Shown here piece by piece: positions 197,281 through 207,663 of a stretch of DNA of 248,000 nt. Under the pieces are notes generated by a model. The model ran no database searches. It saw only the letters and a list, made by a program, of their open reading frames with translations, and was not told the origin of the DNA. The stretch's first letter is position 1; each line of letters opens with the position of its first letter. Made by a program: the position numbers and the translations under genes. Source of the DNA: Hyalangium minutum (GTDB taxonomy: Bacteria; Myxococcota; Myxococcia; Myxococcales; Myxococcaceae); the NCBI RefSeq assembly GCF_000737315.1, contig NZ_JMCB01000005.1, forward strand, positions 20,001 through 268,000, written 5' to 3'.

Positions 197281-197321
197281 GAGGCAGTGGCCCGCCGTCT
197301 CGCCCCGGCGGGCCACTGCTT
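197281..197321 (-). terminator. hairpin downstream of RCC1 gene 1
   Basis: GCAGTGGCCCGCCG...CGGCGGGCCACTGC. Confidence 0.6.
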
Positions 197322-197333
197322 TTGGAGGCGGGC

Positions 197334-199625
197334 TCAGGGCTCCGCGTGGCAGTGGTGCTCGCGGAAACCTTCCGCGGCGCTCAGGTCCTTGAGCTTGCAC
197401 GGCAGCTTCACGCGCACGGGCCGCAGGTGCACGGACAACTCGCCATTGCCGATGTTGCCGAGGCTGTTGCTTCCCCAGGCCATCAGCCTGCCATTCTCGC
197501 GCAGTGCGTACACGGTGAAGGAATCGGCGGCCAGCGCCACCCCGCCGCTCAGCCCCGGCACTTGTGCCAGCTCATACGAGGTGGCCTCCTCGGTGGGGAA
197601 GCCTCGCTCGCTGTAGAGGTTGCTGCCGAAGTTCCAGACCGTGCCGTCGGCGCGGAGGATCTGGATCGAAGAGGCGCTGGCCACCAGGTCCACCGCGCCC
197701 GTGATGGCCTCGAAGGCTTCATCAGGGTACACCGCGAAAAACGGGCTGACGTTCCACTGGCGCGCGGTGCCGTCCGCGCGCAGTGCGATGAGGCCCGTGT
197801 ACATCACGACCACCTTCACCGCGTTGGACAGCCCCGGCGCCGGCTCGGGTGGGCGCGGCATCATGTCGCCGGAGTACCAGGCGAGCATGGTACTGCCCCA
197901 CTGCCACACGGTGCCGTCGCTCGTGATGGCCGCCGAGAAGTCCAGTCCGGCGGCGATGGAGGAGACGCCCTGGAGCCCTTGCACCTGCACGGGCACGGGC
198001 GAGTCGTACAGCTCCAGCGCCACGTTTCCGAGCTGGCCGAAGTAGTTGGCGCCCCAGGCCCAGACGGTGCCGTCACGCTTGAGCGCCAGCGAGTGGAAGT
198101 CCCCCGCGGCCACCGCGACCACGTCGCTCAGGCCCTGCACCTGCACGGGCGTGTCCTGGCCGGCGTCAAACGTCCCCTGGCCCAACTGCCCCCGGAAGTT
198201 ATCGCCCCAGGCCCAGACGGTGCCGTCCTGGAGCGCCACCACCGAGTGGAACGCGCCCGCCGCGATGGCCACGGCGTGCGAGAGCCCCTGCACCCGCTCG
198301 GGGGTTGCGCGGGTGATGAGGGTCCCGTCCGTGATCTCCTGGCCCCACCGCCACACCGAGCCGTCCTGGCGGATCGCCACCGCATGGGCGGAGTTGCTGG
198401 CCATGGCGCGCACGTCCCTCAGGTCCACCCGGGTGGGTGTTGCTTGGCGGTCCGAGCCCGTGCCCATGGCGCCCAGTTGGTTGTGGCCCCAGGTGTACAC
198501 CGAGCCATCCCTGCGCAGCGCCAGGCTGTGGACGGAATCCGCGGCGGCCGCGATCACCCCCTCCAGGCCCGGCACCGGCTCGGGCAGGCCTGTGGGGCTC
198601 TCGGTGCCCCGGCCGAGCTGTCCCGAGTGGTTGGTGCCCCAGGCCCAGAGGCTGCCATCCCGGCGCAGCGCCAGGGCGTGGCTATGCCCTGCCGCCACGG
198701 ACACTACCTGCGTCAGCCCCGGCACCGGCGCGGGCGTGGCCCGGTAGGTGCTCTGGGTCCCATCCCCGAGCTGGCCGGAGAAGTTGGCGCCCCAGGCCCA
198801 GACGGAGCCGTCGGTGCGCACCGCGTACGAGGTGGCGAATCGCGTGTCGATGGCCACCACGTCCGTCAGCCCCGGCACCTGGACGGGCGACAGCCGCTGC
198901 GTCCGCGTCCCATCCCCGAGCTGGCCGTAGCTGTTGGTGCCCCAGGCCCAGACGGTGCCGTCAGCGCGCAGCGCCAGCGAGTGGCTGCTTCCCGCCGCCA
199001 CCGCCACGATCTGGCTGAGCCCTGGGATGGGCGTGGCCAGGAGGCGCCGCGTGGTGGTCCCATCTCCGAGCTGGCCATAGCTGTTGGAGCCCCAGGCCCA
199101 GACGGAGCCATCGCGGCGGGCCGCCAGGGAGTGGGTGTCCCCCGCGACGATCGCCACCACCTCCGTGAGACCCTTCACCTTGACGCGCTCAAACCCGGTG
199201 AGCGTCGTGCCATCCCCGAGCTGGCCCACGTTATTGATCCCCCAGGCCATCACGGTGCCGTCCTCGAGGAGGATCAGCGAGTGCCCGCCCCCAGACGCCG
199301 AGGAGGCCGAGACGGCCTCTGTCATTCTCGGCATCCGGACAGGGAGGCCGGTTCCCAGTTGGATCTCCGGCCACGTGCCGAGATCCCGCCCGAGGCCGTT
199401 ACCCCAGACCCAGACATCCCCGCTCGGGCTCACGGCCACGGAACGATAGCTGTTTGTCGCAAGGAGCCGCCGCGCGGCCCGGTGCTGCCGCTCCGCCAGC
199501 GTGCCCTGCTCCAGCGGCTCTGGCTCCAGTGGCGCCTCGGCTCGGGCGCTCCAGCCCAGCACGAGGCTGAGCCCCAGCATCAACTGCCACAGCAACTCCC
199601 GTTTGAATCTCAGGGTGTGTCTCAT
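197334..199625 (-). CDS. RCC1-repeat secreted protein
   Basis: Many HSLAL..DG.VWAWG.N..GQLG repeats. Confidence 0.9.
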   Translation of the reverse strand: MRHTLRFKRELLWQLMLGLSLVLGWSARAEAPLEPEPLEQGTLAERQHRAARRLLATNSYRSVAVSPSGDVWVWGNGLGRDLGTWPEIQLGTGLPVRMPRMTEAVSASSASGGGHSLILLEDGTVMAWGINNVGQLGDGTTLTGFERVKVKGLTEVVAIVAGDTHSLAARRDGSVWAWGSNSYGQLGDGTTTRRLLATPIPGLSQIVAVAAGSSHSLALRADGTVWAWGTNSYGQLGDGTRTQRLSPVQVPGLTDVVAIDTRFATSYAVRTDGSVWAWGANFSGQLGDGTQSTYRATPAPVPGLTQVVSVAAGHSHALALRRDGSLWAWGTNHSGQLGRGTESPTGLPEPVPGLEGVIAAAADSVHSLALRRDGSVYTWGHNQLGAMGTGSDRQATPTRVDLRDVRAMASNSAHAVAIRQDGSVWRWGQEITDGTLITRATPERVQGLSHAVAIAAGAFHSVVALQDGTVWAWGDNFRGQLGQGTFDAGQDTPVQVQGLSDVVAVAAGDFHSLALKRDGTVWAWGANYFGQLGNVALELYDSPVPVQVQGLQGVSSIAAGLDFSAAITSDGTVWQWGSTMLAWYSGDMMPRPPEPAPGLSNAVKVVVMYTGLIALRADGTARQWNVSPFFAVYPDEAFEAITGAVDLVASASSIQILRADGTVWNFGSNLYSERGFPTEEATSYELAQVPGLSGGVALAADSFTVYALRENGRLMAWGSNSLGNIGNGELSVHLRPVRVKLPCKLKDLSAAEGFREHHCHAEP

Positions 199626-199727
199626 GTGTGAACGGCCTCCGGGTGAAGGGGGACTTGCGGCAACACGCCTCCCGCGCGAGGCGGACGCCTCGGGAGGAAG
199701 GGGTGGAACGGGGTGGGAAGGGGACAG

Positions 199728-199769
199728 GAGGAAGTGGCCCGCCGTCTCGCCACGGCGGGCCACTTCCTC
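199728..199769 (-). terminator. hairpin downstream of RCC1 gene 2
   Basis: GAGGAAGTGGCCCGCCG...CGGCGGGCCACTTCCTC. Confidence 0.6.
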
Positions 199770-199828
199770 GGGTGCTGGCTCGGGCCTCAGCGCGGTGGAG
199801 CGCGAACACCCTCGCCAGTGCTCAGGCC

Positions 199829-202063
199829 CTAGTACCTGCGCGGCAGTAGGACGCGCTCGGGCCGGAGGTGCATGGGCGACGTGCCGTCACCCAGGGTGCC
199901 GTAACGGTTGCTCCCCCAGGCCATCAGCGTGCCGTTCGCGCGCAGCGCGTACACGGTGGCCGACTCAGAGGACAGCGACACCACGTTCCTCAGCCCCGGC
200001 ACCTGTTTCACCTCGAGGGAGTAGAGGTCCGTGGAGGGGAACCCGCGCTCACCGTAGGTATTCCCGCCGATGTTCCACACGGAGCCATCCGCGCGGAGGA
200101 TCTGCGTCGTGTTGGAGCTGGCCACCACATCCACCGCGTCCGTGAGGCCTTCGAGGGCCATCGGGGGGAACACCCAGTCCGGAGGGCCCAGGTACCACTG
200201 CCACACGGTGCCGTCCGTGCTCAGCGCGGTGATGCCGGAGAAGAACACGCTCACCTTGATCACATCGGAGAACCCCTCCACCGGCGCGGCCGGGTGCGGC
200301 AGCATGTCGGTCCAGAACCAGGTGCCCATGTCACTGCCCCACTGCCACACGGTGCCGTCGTTCCTCACCGCCACCGAGAGGTCCATGTGGGCGTGGATGG
200401 ACGCCACGCCGTCCAGCCGCTGCACCTTCGCGGGCTGCGGCTGGTCGTCCAGCGTCAGGTCTCCGAGCTGGCTGTAGTGGTTGGCGCCCCAGGCCCACAC
200501 GGTGCCGTCGCGCTTGAGCGCCAACGAGTGGAACTCGCCCGCGGCCACGGCCACCACGTTCTCCAGGCCCGGCACCCGCGCGGGGGTGTCCCGGCGTCCG
200601 CCCAGCGTGCCGTCCCCGAGCTGGCCGCGGGAGTTGTCACCCCAGGCCCACACGCGGCCGTCCTGGCCCAGCACCAGCGAGTGCCAGGTGCCCGCCGCGA
200701 TGCCCACGGCCCGCGACAGCTCGCGCACCCGGGCGGGCTTGGGCTGAATGCTGCCGCCCCAGCCCTGCTCGCTGCCCCACGTCCACACCGAGCCATCTGC
200801 CCGGAGCGCCAGCGTGTGGAAGAAGGAGGAGGAGAGGGTGCGCACGTCCTTCAGCTCCACCGGCGCGGGCGAGGGCCGGGCGTGGGTGCCCGTGCCCATG
200901 GCGCCCTCGGTGTTGTGCCCCCAGGCGAACACGGAGCCATCCTTGCGCAGCGCCAGCGAGTGGTAGGTGGCTGCGGCCAGCGCCACCGCGTTCAGCCCGC
201001 GCACCGGCTGGGGCAGGCCCGTGCCGCCCTGCTCCCCGTTGCCCAGCTGGCCGAAGGAGTTGTCACCCCAGGCCCACACGCTGCCATCCCGACGCAGCGC
201101 CAGCGCATGCTGGTAGCCCGCCGCCACGGATACCACCTGCGTTAGCCCCGGCACCGGCCCGGGCGTGGCCCGGAAGGAGTCCTCCGAGCCGCCCCCGAGC
201201 TCTCCGGACTGGTTGTTGCCCCAGGCCCACACGGAGCCGTCCGCGCGCACGGCGTACGAGGTGGCGTGGTGCGTCGCGATGGCTACCACGTTCGTCAGCC
201301 CCACCACCGGCACGGGCCGGAGCTGCTGCTGCTGCGTCCCATCCCCCAGCTGGCCAAAGAAGTTATGGCCCCAGGCCCACACGGTGCCGTCGGCGCGCAG
201401 CGCCAGCGAGTGCAGGTTGCCGGCCGCCACGGCCACGAACTGGGTCAGCCCGTCTACCTGCCAGGGCTTGGGGCGCCGGCTGTCATAGCCCCGGCTCCCA
201501 TCCCCAATCTGGCCGTAGTAGTTGCCACCCCACGTCCAGACGGAGCCGTCCCGCAACACGGCCATGGAGTGCATGTTGCCCGCGGAGACACTCACCGCGT
201601 TCGCCAGCCCCGTCACCGCGACGCGCCCGTCCCGGTTGCTCGTCGTGCCGTCTCCAAGCTCGCCATAGGAGTTGCTCCCCCAGGACACCACTCCGCCGTT
201701 CTGCAGCAGGGCCAGCGAGTGGCCGCCCGAGGAGTCCGCGGCGACGGAGACGGCCCCCGTCAGGCCGGGGATCCGCGCCGGCAGTCCGTTGCCGAGCTGT
201801 TGCTCCGGCCACGTGCCCAGCCGCTGCGCCGGGCCCGTGCCCCAGGCCCAGACTTCACCGTCCTCGCTCACCACCAGGCCGTGCTGAGTGGACGCGGCGA
201901 GCCGCTGCCGCGCGGCCCGTTGCTGCCGCTCCAGCCGTGTGCCCTGCGCCAGCTGCTCCGGCTCCAGCAGCGCCTCGGCCCGGGCGCTCCAGCCCAGGAG
202001 GAGGCTGAGCCCCATCATCAGCTTCCACAACGTCTCCAGCGCGAACCACGTCGAGCGTGTCAT
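199829..202063 (-). CDS. RCC1-repeat secreted protein (paralogue)
   Basis: Same architecture and N-terminus as 197334. Confidence 0.9.
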   Translation of the reverse strand: MTRSTWFALETLWKLMMGLSLLLGWSARAEALLEPEQLAQGTRLERQQRAARQRLAASTQHGLVVSEDGEVWAWGTGPAQRLGTWPEQQLGNGLPARIPGLTGAVSVAADSSGGHSLALLQNGGVVSWGSNSYGELGDGTTSNRDGRVAVTGLANAVSVSAGNMHSMAVLRDGSVWTWGGNYYGQIGDGSRGYDSRRPKPWQVDGLTQFVAVAAGNLHSLALRADGTVWAWGHNFFGQLGDGTQQQQLRPVPVVGLTNVVAIATHHATSYAVRADGSVWAWGNNQSGELGGGSEDSFRATPGPVPGLTQVVSVAAGYQHALALRRDGSVWAWGDNSFGQLGNGEQGGTGLPQPVRGLNAVALAAATYHSLALRKDGSVFAWGHNTEGAMGTGTHARPSPAPVELKDVRTLSSSFFHTLALRADGSVWTWGSEQGWGGSIQPKPARVRELSRAVGIAAGTWHSLVLGQDGRVWAWGDNSRGQLGDGTLGGRRDTPARVPGLENVVAVAAGEFHSLALKRDGTVWAWGANHYSQLGDLTLDDQPQPAKVQRLDGVASIHAHMDLSVAVRNDGTVWQWGSDMGTWFWTDMLPHPAAPVEGFSDVIKVSVFFSGITALSTDGTVWQWYLGPPDWVFPPMALEGLTDAVDVVASSNTTQILRADGSVWNIGGNTYGERGFPSTDLYSLEVKQVPGLRNVVSLSSESATVYALRANGTLMAWGSNRYGTLGDGTSPMHLRPERVLLPRRY

Positions 202064-202390
202064 GCCCGAAGCCCTTTCTTGCGAGTGGCGGACTTGCGGC
202101 AACACGAAGCCCCTGCGAGACGAGCGCCTCGCTGAGAAACCTTCCGTGACTGCCATGTGCCGTGTGGGCAGCGCACAAAGCAGCCGACGTGCCAGCGGCC
202201 CGGTTCGCGCCGGATTCCCGGATTCCGGTGACTTGGCGGGGGAGCGCACTCCGGGAGTGACAAAACGCTGTGTCACCGGTGACCAAACGCGGCCAGCGGT
202301 GGCGCTTACCCCTCTGCCTCCGCTTGTGTAGAGTCCGCCGCCTTTCGGTAGGGCACCTCTCCCACCTGGGGGGAGGGCAAGGACGCACCT

Positions 202391-203761
202391 GTGAATACCC
202401 ACATCTTCCGCGAGTACGACATTCGGGGCCTGGTCGATAAGGATCTCACCGTCGAGGTGGTGGAGCTGCTCGGCAAGGGCCTGGGCACCATCATCCGCCG
202501 CCAGCACGGGCGCTCCATTGTCGTCGGCCGCGACTGCCGCGAGTCGTCCACCCGCTTCCGCGATGCGCTCGCTCAGGGCCTCACCTCCACCGGCCTCAAC
202601 GTGCTGGATGTGGGCGTGGTGCCTACTCCGCTGACGTACTTCGCGGCGAACACGCTGCCGGTGGACGGGCTGGCGATGATTACGGGCAGCCACAACCCGC
202701 CGGAGTACAACGGGTTCAAGATTGGGGCGGGGAAGACGACCTTCCACAGCCACGAGATTCAGGCGCTGCGGAAGCTCATCGAGGCGCGCGACTTCGAGAA
202801 GAGCGACAAGCCGGGCACCGTCACCCCGTTCGACATCATCACCCCGTACAACCACTTCGTGTTGCAGACGGTCAAAGTGGGGCGCACGGGGATGCGCATC
202901 GTCATTGATGCGGGCAACGGCACGGGCGGCGCGGTGGCGGTGCCGCTGTTCCGGGCCATGGGCTTCGACGTGGTGCCGCTGTTCTGCGAGATGGACGCCA
203001 CGTTCCCCAACCACCACCCGGACCCCACGGTGGTGGAGAACCTCGAGGACCTCATCGAGGCGGTGAAGCGCGAGAAGGCCGAGGTGGGCATCGCCTACGA
203101 CGGCGACAGCGACCGCATCGGCGTCATCGACGACCAGGGGAACATCCTCTGGGGCGACCAGCTGATGGTCCTCTTCAGCCGGTACGTGCTGAAGGAGAGC
203201 CCGGGGGCGGCCATCGTCGGCGAGGTGAAGTGCAGCTACACCTTATATGACGACATCGCCAAGCACGGCGGCAAGCCGGTGATGTGGAAGGCGGGGCACT
203301 CGCTCATCAAGGCGAAGATGAAGGAGACGCACGCGGAGCTGGCCGGGGAGATGAGCGGCCACATCTTCTTCAAGAACCGCTACTTCGGCTTTGATGACGC
203401 GGTGTACTCGTCCGCGCGCCTGCTGGAGATCCTCACGCACGAGCCCAAGAAGCTCAGCGAGCTGCTGTCGGACGTGCCGAAGACGTACGCCTCGCCCGAG
203501 CTGCGCGTGGACACCAAGGAGGAGAAGAAGTTCGAGCTCGTGCGCCGCTGCACGGAGACGCTGCGGGCCGCGGGCCACCAGATCATCGACGTGGACGGCG
203601 TGCGCGTGACGTTCCCGGACGGGTGGGGCCTCATCCGCGCGTCCAACACCCAGCCCATCCTGGTGCTGCGCTTCGAGGCCAACACCCCCGAGCGCCTCAA
203701 GGAGATCCAGCACCTCATCGAGGGCACGGTCGAGCAGATGAAGCGTGAGGTGGGAGGCTAG
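202391..203761 (+). CDS. phosphomannomutase/phosphoglucomutase
   Basis: TGSHNP; DGDSDR; GEMSGH. Confidence 0.95.
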   Translation: MNTHIFREYDIRGLVDKDLTVEVVELLGKGLGTIIRRQHGRSIVVGRDCRESSTRFRDALAQGLTSTGLNVLDVGVVPTPLTYFAANTLPVDGLAMITGSHNPPEYNGFKIGAGKTTFHSHEIQALRKLIEARDFEKSDKPGTVTPFDIITPYNHFVLQTVKVGRTGMRIVIDAGNGTGGAVAVPLFRAMGFDVVPLFCEMDATFPNHHPDPTVVENLEDLIEAVKREKAEVGIAYDGDSDRIGVIDDQGNILWGDQLMVLFSRYVLKESPGAAIVGEVKCSYTLYDDIAKHGGKPVMWKAGHSLIKAKMKETHAELAGEMSGHIFFKNRYFGFDDAVYSSARLLEILTHEPKKLSELLSDVPKTYASPELRVDTKEEKKFELVRRCTETLRAAGHQIIDVDGVRVTFPDGWGLIRASNTQPILVLRFEANTPERLKEIQHLIEGTVEQMKREVGG

Positions 203762-203763
203762 TC

Positions 203764-204315
203764 ATGAGCGCGCCCCGGATCATCGCCATCTCCGGTAGCC
203801 TCCGCACCGGCTCCTTCAACCGCAAGCTGCTGGCGCTGCTGGTGGAGCAGGCCCGCGCGAAGGGCGCCGAGGTGGATGTGGTGGACCTCAAGGTGCTGGT
203901 GCTGCCCATCTATGACGGAGACATCGAGGCCCAGGGCTTGCCGCCCCCTGCGGTGGAGCTGCGCGAGCGCATCTCCAAGGCCCAGGGGCTGCTCATCTCC
204001 AGCCCGGAGTACAACGCCTCCATCCCTGGGAGCCTGAAGAACGCCATCGACTGGGCGTCGCGTGGCGGGCCCAACGTGTTCAAGGGCAAGTGGGCGGCGC
204101 TTGCGGGGGCCTCGCCTGGCATGTTCGGGACGGTGCGGATGCAGGCCCACCTGCGCCAGTCGCTGACGCACTTGGGCATGAACCTGCTGCCGGACCAGTT
204201 CCTCGTCTCCCACGCCGACCAGGCCTTCACCGAGGAAGGCCGGCTCAAGGACGAGTCCCGGCTCAAGAGCCTCGAGGGGCTCGTCACCGGATTGATTGCC
204301 CGCATCCAGGGCTGA
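203764..204315 (+). CDS. NADPH-dependent FMN reductase
   Basis: GSLR..SFN; PEYN..LKNAIDW. Confidence 0.9.
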   Translation: MSAPRIIAISGSLRTGSFNRKLLALLVEQARAKGAEVDVVDLKVLVLPIYDGDIEAQGLPPPAVELRERISKAQGLLISSPEYNASIPGSLKNAIDWASRGGPNVFKGKWAALAGASPGMFGTVRMQAHLRQSLTHLGMNLLPDQFLVSHADQAFTEEGRLKDESRLKSLEGLVTGLIARIQG

Positions 204316-204375
204316 GGTGTAAGGGGCGCCCGCCGCCCATGTCTCCTATATATATAAGGAGCAGAGGAGAGCCTG

Positions 204376-205311
204376 ATGCCGACGCTGGGAATCGATCTGG
204401 GAGGGACCAACGCTCGCGCCGCCGTGGTGGACGAGAAGGGGAACATCCTCACCTCGTCGAAGCTGTCCCTCACCGAGCGCAGCCCTGCAGCCGTGGTGGA
204501 GGTCATCGCTCAGGCCGCCGCCGGGGCCCTGGCCGCCGCGGGAGGGTTAGAGGTGCGAGGCTGTGGAGTGGGGGCTGCCGGGCAGATCCACCGGGACTCG
204601 GGGATCATCGCCGTGGCGCCCAACCTGGGCTGGCGCAACGTACCGCTGGGGGCCATGTTGACGGAGCGGCTCGGGCGGCCGGCGCGCATCGTGAATGACT
204701 TGGCGGCCGCCGCGTATGGCGAGCTGCACGCGGGCGCGGGCCGGGGCGCCACGGATGTGTACACGGTCTTCGTGGGCTCGGGCGTGGGCAGCTGCATCAT
204801 CGCCAACGGCCAGCTGGTGCGCGGCGGTGGCGGCGTGGCTGGCGAGCTGGGCCATACCAAGGTGATTCCCGGGGGCCGGCGGTGCGGCTGTGGCGAGCTG
204901 GGGTGCCTGGAGGCCTACGCGGGCGGGCACAACCTCATCGCCCAGGCGCGCGAGCTGATGGTGGCCGGGCGCTCCACGGTGCTGTCGGACCTGACGGGGG
205001 GCGAGCCCTCGCACCTCACGCCGTTGACCCTCGAGAAGGCGGCGGAGGCGGGGGATCCGGGCGCTCGGGAGATCCACGAGCGGGCCGGGCAGATGCTGGG
205101 CATCGCCATTGCCAACATGGTGACGGTGCTGAACCCGGCGCGGCTGATTCTGGGCGGCGGGGTGCTGATGAACTGCCCGGGCATCCGCCGCTACGTGGTG
205201 GAGGCGGTGCAGACGCTGTCCTCCAACAGCTCCCGCGAGGGGCTGCTCATCGCCGAGGCGGAGTTGGGCGACGACAGTGGTCTCATTGGAGCGGCGATGC
205301 TGGCAGCCTGA
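204376..205311 (+). CDS. ROK family sugar kinase
   Basis: DLGGT; GELGH; CGCG..GCLEAY. Confidence 0.9.
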   Translation: MPTLGIDLGGTNARAAVVDEKGNILTSSKLSLTERSPAAVVEVIAQAAAGALAAAGGLEVRGCGVGAAGQIHRDSGIIAVAPNLGWRNVPLGAMLTERLGRPARIVNDLAAAAYGELHAGAGRGATDVYTVFVGSGVGSCIIANGQLVRGGGGVAGELGHTKVIPGGRRCGCGELGCLEAYAGGHNLIAQARELMVAGRSTVLSDLTGGEPSHLTPLTLEKAAEAGDPGAREIHERAGQMLGIAIANMVTVLNPARLILGGGVLMNCPGIRRYVVEAVQTLSSNSSREGLLIAEAELGDDSGLIGAAMLAA

Positions 205312-205362
205312 CCTGCTACGCTGGGCGGAGCGTTGTTCCTCCGCCCCGTAGCGAGGTCATTC

Positions 205363-207654
205363 ATGCCCTTCGAATGGAAGCTGGCCAGTCTCGATGAGCT
205401 CAAGGAACTGCTCCTGGACACGTCCCTCCAGGACTCGCAGGTCCGCGTCAACCTGGCCACGGCCAAGGTAGAGCAGCCGATCAGCCTGGGGCTCGAGGCG
205501 CTCTCATTCGTGTTGGACGGCGGCACGGAGGCCAACATCGAGGCCTTCAACGCGCCGGGGGACGTGGACGCGGACGGCGTCGTCGGTGACAAGCCCGCGC
205601 AGGAGGACATGACGAAGCTGAGCCCGCCGCTGCTGCTGGGGCAGGACGCGTGGCTGAAGTACGCGGTGCGGGTGCGCGCCAAGGCGCAGGCCGGGGTGGC
205701 GCTGCCGTTCCTGTCGGGCTCGGGCAGCGGCGAGGTGGCGATTCAGGTCGCGGACTACCACGTGCACTCGCTGACCGACCGGCTGCGCGACGCCATCAAC
205801 ACGGACACGCGCAACCTCCGGCTGCCGCTGGTGCTCGAGCACGTGCTGAAGATCCAGCCGAAGGAGGCGCTGAGCTTCCAGGCGCGCACGCGGCTGGAGA
205901 CGTCCGTCACGCTCGCGTGGGGAGACGTCTTCAGCACCAACCTGAACCCGCTGAGCCGGCTGCTGCCGGTGGGGACGCTGCTGGCCATCAAGGCCACGGC
206001 GGGTGCGACTGTCACAGGCAGCGTGAGTGTGACGGATGACTTCATGGTCACCTTCTCGCGCGAGAAGGCGGGGGCGATGGTGGTCTCCGTGCAGAAGGGC
206101 GCGGTGCGCGAGGCGAAGCGGGCGGCGCAGATTGGCGTCACCGTGGAGGCGGCGGTGGATCCGGCGGTGGTGGACGCGGCGCTGAACGCGCTGGTGGGGC
206201 TGCCGGGGCTCTCGCACTTCGAGCAGCTGGTGGACAAGCTCTCCACCACGCAGCTGTCCGAGGAGGAGAAGAAGCTGCTGAGGCTGGCGTTGGACCGGCT
206301 GGGGATGACGGACTACGAGGCCGACGCGACGGCGCTGAAGCGGGCCTGGGAGGACCAGAAGGCGAAGGCGAAGCAGGCGCTGGTGACGATGGCGGCGGAG
206401 AAGATCTCCTCCGGGTTCCAGTACGAGTACGCGCGGGTGTCCGAGCAGCAGACGCTGCTGCGGCTGGAGGTGGCGGATGCGCAGCTGGCGAAGCTGCACC
206501 TGCCGCTGGTGATGGGGCGGCTGACGCAGGTGCTGAAGCAGGTGGAGCCGGGGGCGCTGCGCAGCTACTTCCAGCAGAACACGCGGACGCTGAGTGAGGC
206601 GTGGGGCTTCACGCTGGGGTTCTCGAAGTGGCAGGTGCTGAAGAGCCAGACGCAGAGGAAGCTGCAGCGGGTGGCGCAGTACGGCTCGCCGGATCCGGTG
206701 CATGGGCCTCGGCGGTACGCGTTCATGGGGATGCGCAGCTATGAGGGCGGGCTGTTCCAGGGGACGGGGCGCTGGTCCGTGGACTTCAAGGCGGACATGG
206801 GCGAGTTCCGGGCGCAGCCGACGGTGCGGGACTTCAGCTACGGGCTGTATCTGCAACTGCAGCGGAAGGGGAAGCTGTCGGAGACGGCGGTGCGGCAGGC
206901 CATCGACGAGGCGATCGTCTGGCACGTGTTGGACGACGCGGACGAGGAGCAGGTGCTGAAGCAGATCCAGGAGGCGGCGAAGGGCGAGGCGGTGGAGCTG
207001 CGGCTGGAGGTGAAGCTGGCGGACACGGTGTTCCGGGAGCTGACGGCGCTGGCGGCGATGGGAGTGCCGGAGCTGTACGCGAAGGCGCTGGCGCGGTCGA
207101 TGCCGTGGGACAAGAGCCCGGCGCGTGCGAACCCCGAGTTCCGGCAGAGCGTGTACGCGCCGCTGTGGATGACGTACCTGACGGAGAAGGGGAAGGACTG
207201 GACGCCGCCGAGGGCGGCGCAGCGTGCGGCGGCGTGGCTGAAGCAGAACAAGATCGCGAAGGGGAGTGCGGGGGAGGTGGCGTACTGGGAGGGGCAGGGG
207301 ACGGCATACCCGAACACGTTCGCGGACGTGCTGGACAAGAACTCGCGGTTGGCGGACGTGGGCAGCCAGTACGGGGGGACGTACGTGCGGTGGCAGCGGC
207401 TGGTGGCGGGGATGGCGTTGCTGCGGGATGGGCTGCAGCAGGGGGCGGATCCGGCGGTCATCGAGAAGGTGTTCGAGGAGCTGGAGGAGCTCTGGCGCGT
207501 GTCGTTCCACGTGAAGGCGTTCGGCGCGATGTTGCTGGAGCTGTCGGCGAAGAGCGTCCAGGGCATGGCGGCGGTGGAGCGCACGTTCACGGTGGTGACG
207601 GGGACGGGGGACAAGCAGTCCCAGCTCGTCTTCACCGCCTCCCGCGAGGGGTAA
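205363..207654 (+). CDS. large hypothetical protein
   Basis: Long ORF with strong GC3 bias, no recognised motif. Confidence 0.7.
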   Translation: MPFEWKLASLDELKELLLDTSLQDSQVRVNLATAKVEQPISLGLEALSFVLDGGTEANIEAFNAPGDVDADGVVGDKPAQEDMTKLSPPLLLGQDAWLKYAVRVRAKAQAGVALPFLSGSGSGEVAIQVADYHVHSLTDRLRDAINTDTRNLRLPLVLEHVLKIQPKEALSFQARTRLETSVTLAWGDVFSTNLNPLSRLLPVGTLLAIKATAGATVTGSVSVTDDFMVTFSREKAGAMVVSVQKGAVREAKRAAQIGVTVEAAVDPAVVDAALNALVGLPGLSHFEQLVDKLSTTQLSEEEKKLLRLALDRLGMTDYEADATALKRAWEDQKAKAKQALVTMAAEKISSGFQYEYARVSEQQTLLRLEVADAQLAKLHLPLVMGRLTQVLKQVEPGALRSYFQQNTRTLSEAWGFTLGFSKWQVLKSQTQRKLQRVAQYGSPDPVHGPRRYAFMGMRSYEGGLFQGTGRWSVDFKADMGEFRAQPTVRDFSYGLYLQLQRKGKLSETAVRQAIDEAIVWHVLDDADEEQVLKQIQEAAKGEAVELRLEVKLADTVFRELTALAAMGVPELYAKALARSMPWDKSPARANPEFRQSVYAPLWMTYLTEKGKDWTPPRAAQRAAAWLKQNKIAKGSAGEVAYWEGQGTAYPNTFADVLDKNSRLADVGSQYGGTYVRWQRLVAGMALLRDGLQQGADPAVIEKVFEELEELWRVSFHVKAFGAMLLELSAKSVQGMAAVERTFTVVTGTGDKQSQLVFTASREG

Positions 207655-207663
207655 CGAAGAACC

